From Octopus bimaculoides (taxonomy: Eukaryota), in the NCBI RefSeq assembly GCF_001194135.2, contig NC_068983.1, positions 60,277,872-60,341,871 on the forward strand: 64,000 nucleotides of DNA, read 5' to 3'. Made by a program: the position numbers and the translations under genes. Shown here in pieces: positions 59,391 to 64,000 of the stretch; position 1 is the first letter of the stretch; every line of letters starts with the position of its first letter. The notes beneath the pieces were generated by a model. The model had not been told where the DNA came from, did not search any database, and saw only the letters and a list, made by a program, of their open reading frames with translations.

Positions 59391-60537
59391 TAGAATGTGA
59401 TATCAACTTGGAATGAACAACATTGTTTGAGAATTATCATTTCTGAGCCTTTTCTTTAAATCCAGGTCAGTACTGAGCAAGCAAACTTATAACCAAAAGC
59501 ATTCTGTGGCCATCTAGGTTTTTGCCTTTATTTTTTTAATTCTCAGACCTATATAATCCAATGTGTTCTTCCTTTTTAAGACAGTAAAGGTTGATTTCAA
59601 AGAGATTTTGGCTTCTATTTCTAGCATGTCAAGCAGCCCCACAGAAGCTGCTTGAATATGAGTTAATAGAATCCAGAAGATTGTAAAATATTACCAAAAG
59701 CATTTTATGGTTCCTCAACAGGCCAGGTTGAGTAATCTTCAATTAACACCACAGAGGAATATAGTTACAGGCCTGACCATGGGATTAGGACACCTGCCCC
59801 ACCCAACCACATTGTTTTAGGTTCAGTCCCACTGTGTGGCACCTTAGCTAAGTATCTTCTACTATAGCCCAAGGCCAACAAAAGCCTTGTGAGTGGATTT
59901 GGCAGATGGAAACTGAAAGTAGCCCACTGTGTGTGTGTATGTGTGAGTGTGTGTGTGTGTGTGTGTGTTATTGTGTCCTTGTCTTGACATAGCGTGATAA
60001 TTATAAACAAGTGTTACTGTTACACAAGCAGTGTCCATTGCTTGCAATATTACATGGAAAACACGTTTGGCCCTGGGGGTGATGTTACCTTACTTGGGAA
60101 ACAGGTGAGGGTTGCTGACAAAAAGGGCATGAGGGCACTGAAAATCTGCCTCGATAAATCCCATCTGACCCATGCAAACATGGAAAAGTGGACGTTAAAA
60201 TAAAGATGATGATGATGATGACAACGATGACGACAACGACGATAACAATGATTATGAGAATGATGATGATCATGATGGTGATGATGGCAATAACAGTGAA
60301 TGACTGAAATAGCCAGGAATTTTTTCCCTTCTGTATTTTTTTTTTTCTGTTTTCATTTATAACAAGTTTTCTCAAATTATGTATACAGATTATATAAACC
60401 AAAGGCTTTTTTTTTTCCTGTATTGCTTAGAAAGGGAAGATCTGTACGTATAGCCTTCTCACAGAGCCTCTGAGTCCGGCAGGAGGGAAGGCGTCTTCAA
60501 ACTAGAAATTTAATCTGTTGCTTATAACAGTATACAC

Positions 60538-60706
60538 CAGTGTTTCTCAGCCTTTTTAATATCAAGCCCGATCCCAAACCTGGATTTTTTTAGGGGGCCA
60601 CACCAAAAAATGTAAAACACAACTCAAAGAAAAAATTATGATATTTATCAAGGGAAGACTGTCGAGGGGCACATGGGGCCCAGGGATCCATGGTCGAGAA
60701 ACACTG
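60538..60706. mobile_element. hAT-like MITE
   Basis: TIR CAGTGTTTCTC/GAGAAACACTG; 8-bp flanks GTATACAC/ATATAGAC (6/8). Confidence 0.72.
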
Positions 60707-61379
60707 ATATAGACTCTGCTAAAGATACTTAAGGATCACATGAGGGTTTTAACCCTTTTGATTCCAACCTGTCTGAAACCATTCTTGATACTTTGTCTGA
60801 TGCAATCTTCTCATTTGTTTTAAAGTAATCTAAATGGATATCTTACACCCAAATTTTATGTTAATTTATATTCCAAGCACCAGCTTGCTAATCATCATCA
60901 ATCATCATCAATGATGATGATGATGATTATGACAAGGTTTTTTCATTAAATTCTTCGTTATTTTCAAAATGAATTGTAATAAATACAGCATATTCCAACA
61001 GAAATATGGTAACGAAAAGGTTAACATTGAAGAAATTTCTAAATGAATGAATATGCAAAGTACTTTCATTTTTTCAGTTGTTGTTCTGTTTTGTTCCCTA
61101 CACCTGTTCCAATTGGAGCCATTTGTGGCCCCTCTCAAAATACTCTTATCGATAACTCTATCAATGACTAGACTGCAAATAAAATACAATTTCTTCATAT
61201 ATATATACATATATATACATATATATATAGAATGATTCCACCTAGGCATATTGATATTAGTGATCTGTTGTTAGAACTCAATATATTTAGGCTTTAGGGT
61301 AAAACGTTAGGGTAAAATGAGTAGAGAGTGTAATATTACTTAATGAATGACAAAAGAGTAGGAGTTATGTAATTCTTTT

Positions 61380-61499
61380 CATTAGCTTATAGCTGTTTCT
61401 GCTATAAGAAGCAGTGCTCTGTGGAAGCTATGAAATGCTGCACAAGCACTCAGTTCTAAGTGTATTGCTACTTGTAGTAGAAACATTGGTAAGCTAATG
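61380..61499. repeat. Small fold-back element (MITE-like), about 28-bp imperfect TIRs
   Basis: CATTAGCTTATAGCTGTTTCTGCTATAA ... TTGTAGTAGAAACATTGGTAAGCTAATG. Confidence 0.55.
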
Positions 61500-61645
61500 A
61501 AAATGATTACATAACTCCCATTCCTTCGTCATTCATTAATATATACATATATATAGATATATATATGTGTGTGTATATGTATATATATATATATATATAT
61601 ATAACCATTTCAGGACATTTGGAGATGAAAAAAATGTAATTGGTT

Positions 61646-62607
61646 TCAAATTAAATAATTTTTTCTATAATAATTATTTAAGAATCCCATCATGGTAAAC
61701 ATAGCAAATTCTAAACAACAATTCCCCAGCATTAAATAAATGAGGCTGGAAGGCCCTAACGAATGGAAGAATATACCAGCAATGAATGGAATTGTCATTT
61801 CTCCAATTCCACTTGCTACAAGTGCAGTTGTTAGGATAACAGCATCGACTGTCAGGAAGCCACCAGCCCATGAAATGACAGATGGCAGAAAGGAAGACTG
61901 GAAAAGACCAAACCCACTTGTACCTATCCAGAGTAAAGCTTCATTTGGTATGTAAATTTGTACGACCAACAGCGATACAAACACGAACAACCCACCAAAA
62001 TTGAGTGTTAAGAGAATTCCAATATCAAAGATTTTTGAAAAGACAGTAGTGAGAATTCGGCCCATTAAAAACGAACCCCACATTACAGATGTCATAAATG
62101 CTAAGTCAGCCTTTGTGAAGTTTCTGCTTGTTGAAAGTCCATAAGCTGTCAAGAGATTGCTATAAGCAATTGTAATGCCAAAAATTGGAATATGAAACAA
62201 AAAAAGTAATACCAACATTTTCGTCTTTCTAACCAAAGGGTATTTTTGTCCCAATATCTTTCCTGTCATGTCTTCGTAGTCATTCTGGTTTGATTGTGAA
62301 TGACATCCACTACGAATGTAATAATAAAAAAAAGCAATTATTGGTGGAGAAGTAATGATGGCAGCAATTAAATAAGCATATTGTATGTTGGTTGGATCAT
62401 CTTTTGTGATGTTGTTATGTGGGTGTGGATTGATGTAAGACATGTTTCGTAGTTGGGTGTCTTCAGAGAACATGTGAAGTTTATGGCTTTGGAATGGTAA
62501 GACAATGAATGGAATGACAAAAGCAGTAAAAGAAGCAACAACTGTAATGAGTTGCATCTCCCAATTCTGTTTGGTTGGAAACAGCCAGTTGCAGGTGATC
62601 AGGCAAC
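61646..62607 (-). CDS. Terminal exon of an MFS transporter, MFSD4/NaGLT1 (sodium-dependent glucose transporter 1)-like; upstream exons in the gap or outside the window
   Basis: ORF 61646-62557 (303 aa) extends to a ttttcag acceptor at 62608-62610; multiple TM helices; motifs YAYLIAAI, TSVMWGSFLMGR, GFGLFQSSFLPSVISW, GIGEMTIPFIAG match my recollection of the MFSD4 family. Confidence 0.8.
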
Positions 62608-62829
62608 CTGAAAATAAAAAGGAGATACAGAATGGAAACAGTCCTTTTTTTTTAATTTTTATTTTTCTTATAGCAAAAGGCTACACACACACACACACAA
62701 GTGTATATAAAAATATATATATATATATATATATATAAATATATATTTGACAAGTATATATGTATATATATATTTATTTATTTATTTATGGGTTTCAGCC
62801 AAGTGGCTGCGGTCATGCTGGCGCACCAC

Positions 62830-62871
<42 letters not shown>

Positions 62872-63579
62872 TTCCGGATTATTCACACAAGGATTACTTT
62901 GCACGGATTTCTACACGGATATTTACCACTGGAATGAAACTACACTTCAAGTACTGTTCTCTCTTTTTTCAGTACATCACACTCTTTACCACTTCATACT
63001 AAAAATATCCGCCTATGGATATAATACTAGATTACTTTATTTTTTCTGTCTCCGATGANNNNNNNNNNNNNNNNNNNNNNNNNNNNNNNNNNNNNNNNNN
63101 NNNNNNNNNNNNNNNNNNNNNNNNNNNNNNNNNNNNNNNNNNNNNNNNNNNNNNNNNNNNNNNNNNNNNNNNNNNNNNNNNNNNNNNNNNNNNNNNNNNN
63201 NNNNNNNNNNNNNNNNNNNNNNNNNNNNNNNNNNNNNNNNNNNNNNNNNNNNNNNNNNNNNNNNNNNNNNNNNNNNNNNNNNNNNNNNNNNNNNNNNNNN
63301 NNNNNNNNNNNNNNNNNNNNNNNNNNNNNNNNNNNNNNNNNNNNNNNNNNNNNNNNNNNNNNNNNNNNNNNNNNNNNNNNNNNNNNNNNNNNNNNNNNNN
63401 NNNNNNNNNNNNNNNNNNNNNNNNNNNNNNNNNNNNNNNNNNNNNNNNNNNNNNNNNNNNNNNNNNNNNNNNNNNNNNNNNNNNNNNNNNNNNNNNNNNN
63501 NNNNNNNNNNNNNNNNNNNNNNNNNNNNNNNNNNNNNNNNNNNNNNNNNNNNNNNNNNNNNNNNNNNNNNNNNNNNNNN

Positions 63580-63629
<50 letters not shown>

Positions 63630-63630
<1 letters not shown>

Positions 63631-63960
63631 TGAAGGTGCATGGCTCAGTGGTTAGAGTGTTGAGCTCACAATCATGAAGTAGTGAGTTTGATTCCCAGAC
63701 CGCCAATTGTGTTGTGTTCTTGAGCAAGTCACTTTATTTCATGTTGCACCAGTTCACTCAGCTGTAGAAATGAGTTGTGACATCACTGGTGCCAAGCTGT
63801 ATCATCTCCTTTGCCTTCCCCTTGGATAACACTGGGGGCGTGGAGGGGAGGCTGGTATGCAGGAGCAACTGCTGGTCTTACATAAAGAACTTTGCCTGGA
63901 CTTGTACCTCAGAGGGTAACTTCCTAGGTGCAATCCCATGGTCACTCATGACTGAAGGGG
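63630..63960 (+). mobile_element. tRNA-derived SINE family D (TTGAGCAAG-CACTTTATTT central motif)
   Basis: A box TGGCTCAGTGG, B-box-like GAGTTTGATTCCC; related copies near 24870-25070, 35160-35370 and 42455-42710 (-). Confidence 0.75.
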
Positions 63961-63969
63961 CTCTTTACC

Positions 63970-64000
<31 letters not shown>

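Noticed and set aside
72-63727. Numerous 60-230 aa ORFs in the ORF track
   Set aside because: They are translations of SINEs, microsatellites (YIYI, CVCV, THTH, MQCNA) or N gaps; only those overlapping called exons or TE remnants are retained.

Overview
AT-rich, repeat-dense animal genomic DNA with five N-gaps. The repeat landscape looks like a coleoid cephalopod, probably Octopus (inference from SINE families and microsatellites). The + strand carries a Niemann-Pick C1-family (NPC1) sterol transporter gene: 21 coding exons from 4865 to 52988, all introns GT-AG, phases joining into one 3801-nt frame (1266 aa plus stop). The signal-peptide first exon was not found. A convergent MFSD4/NaGLT1-like MFS transporter has its last exon on the - strand (62607-61646). 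Introns hold at least four SINE-like families, piggyBac-, hAT-, mariner- and Crypton-like non-autonomous DNA elements, RTE LINE remnants, a decayed tRNA-Phe and a 25-bp minisatellite. Most notable are Penelope-like retroelement relics with minimal type I hammerhead ribozyme motifs. One motif at 1993-2035 (-) has an intact core, GUC site and stem I. Two related elements (44.3-44.7 kb, 58.8-59.4 kb) place a tRNA-like Pol III module just upstream of a hammerhead-derived motif, inside inverted arms. The NPC1 protein also differs from human at the sterol-pocket Gln79 position (Thr here) and ends in YQKI rather than a dileucine signal.
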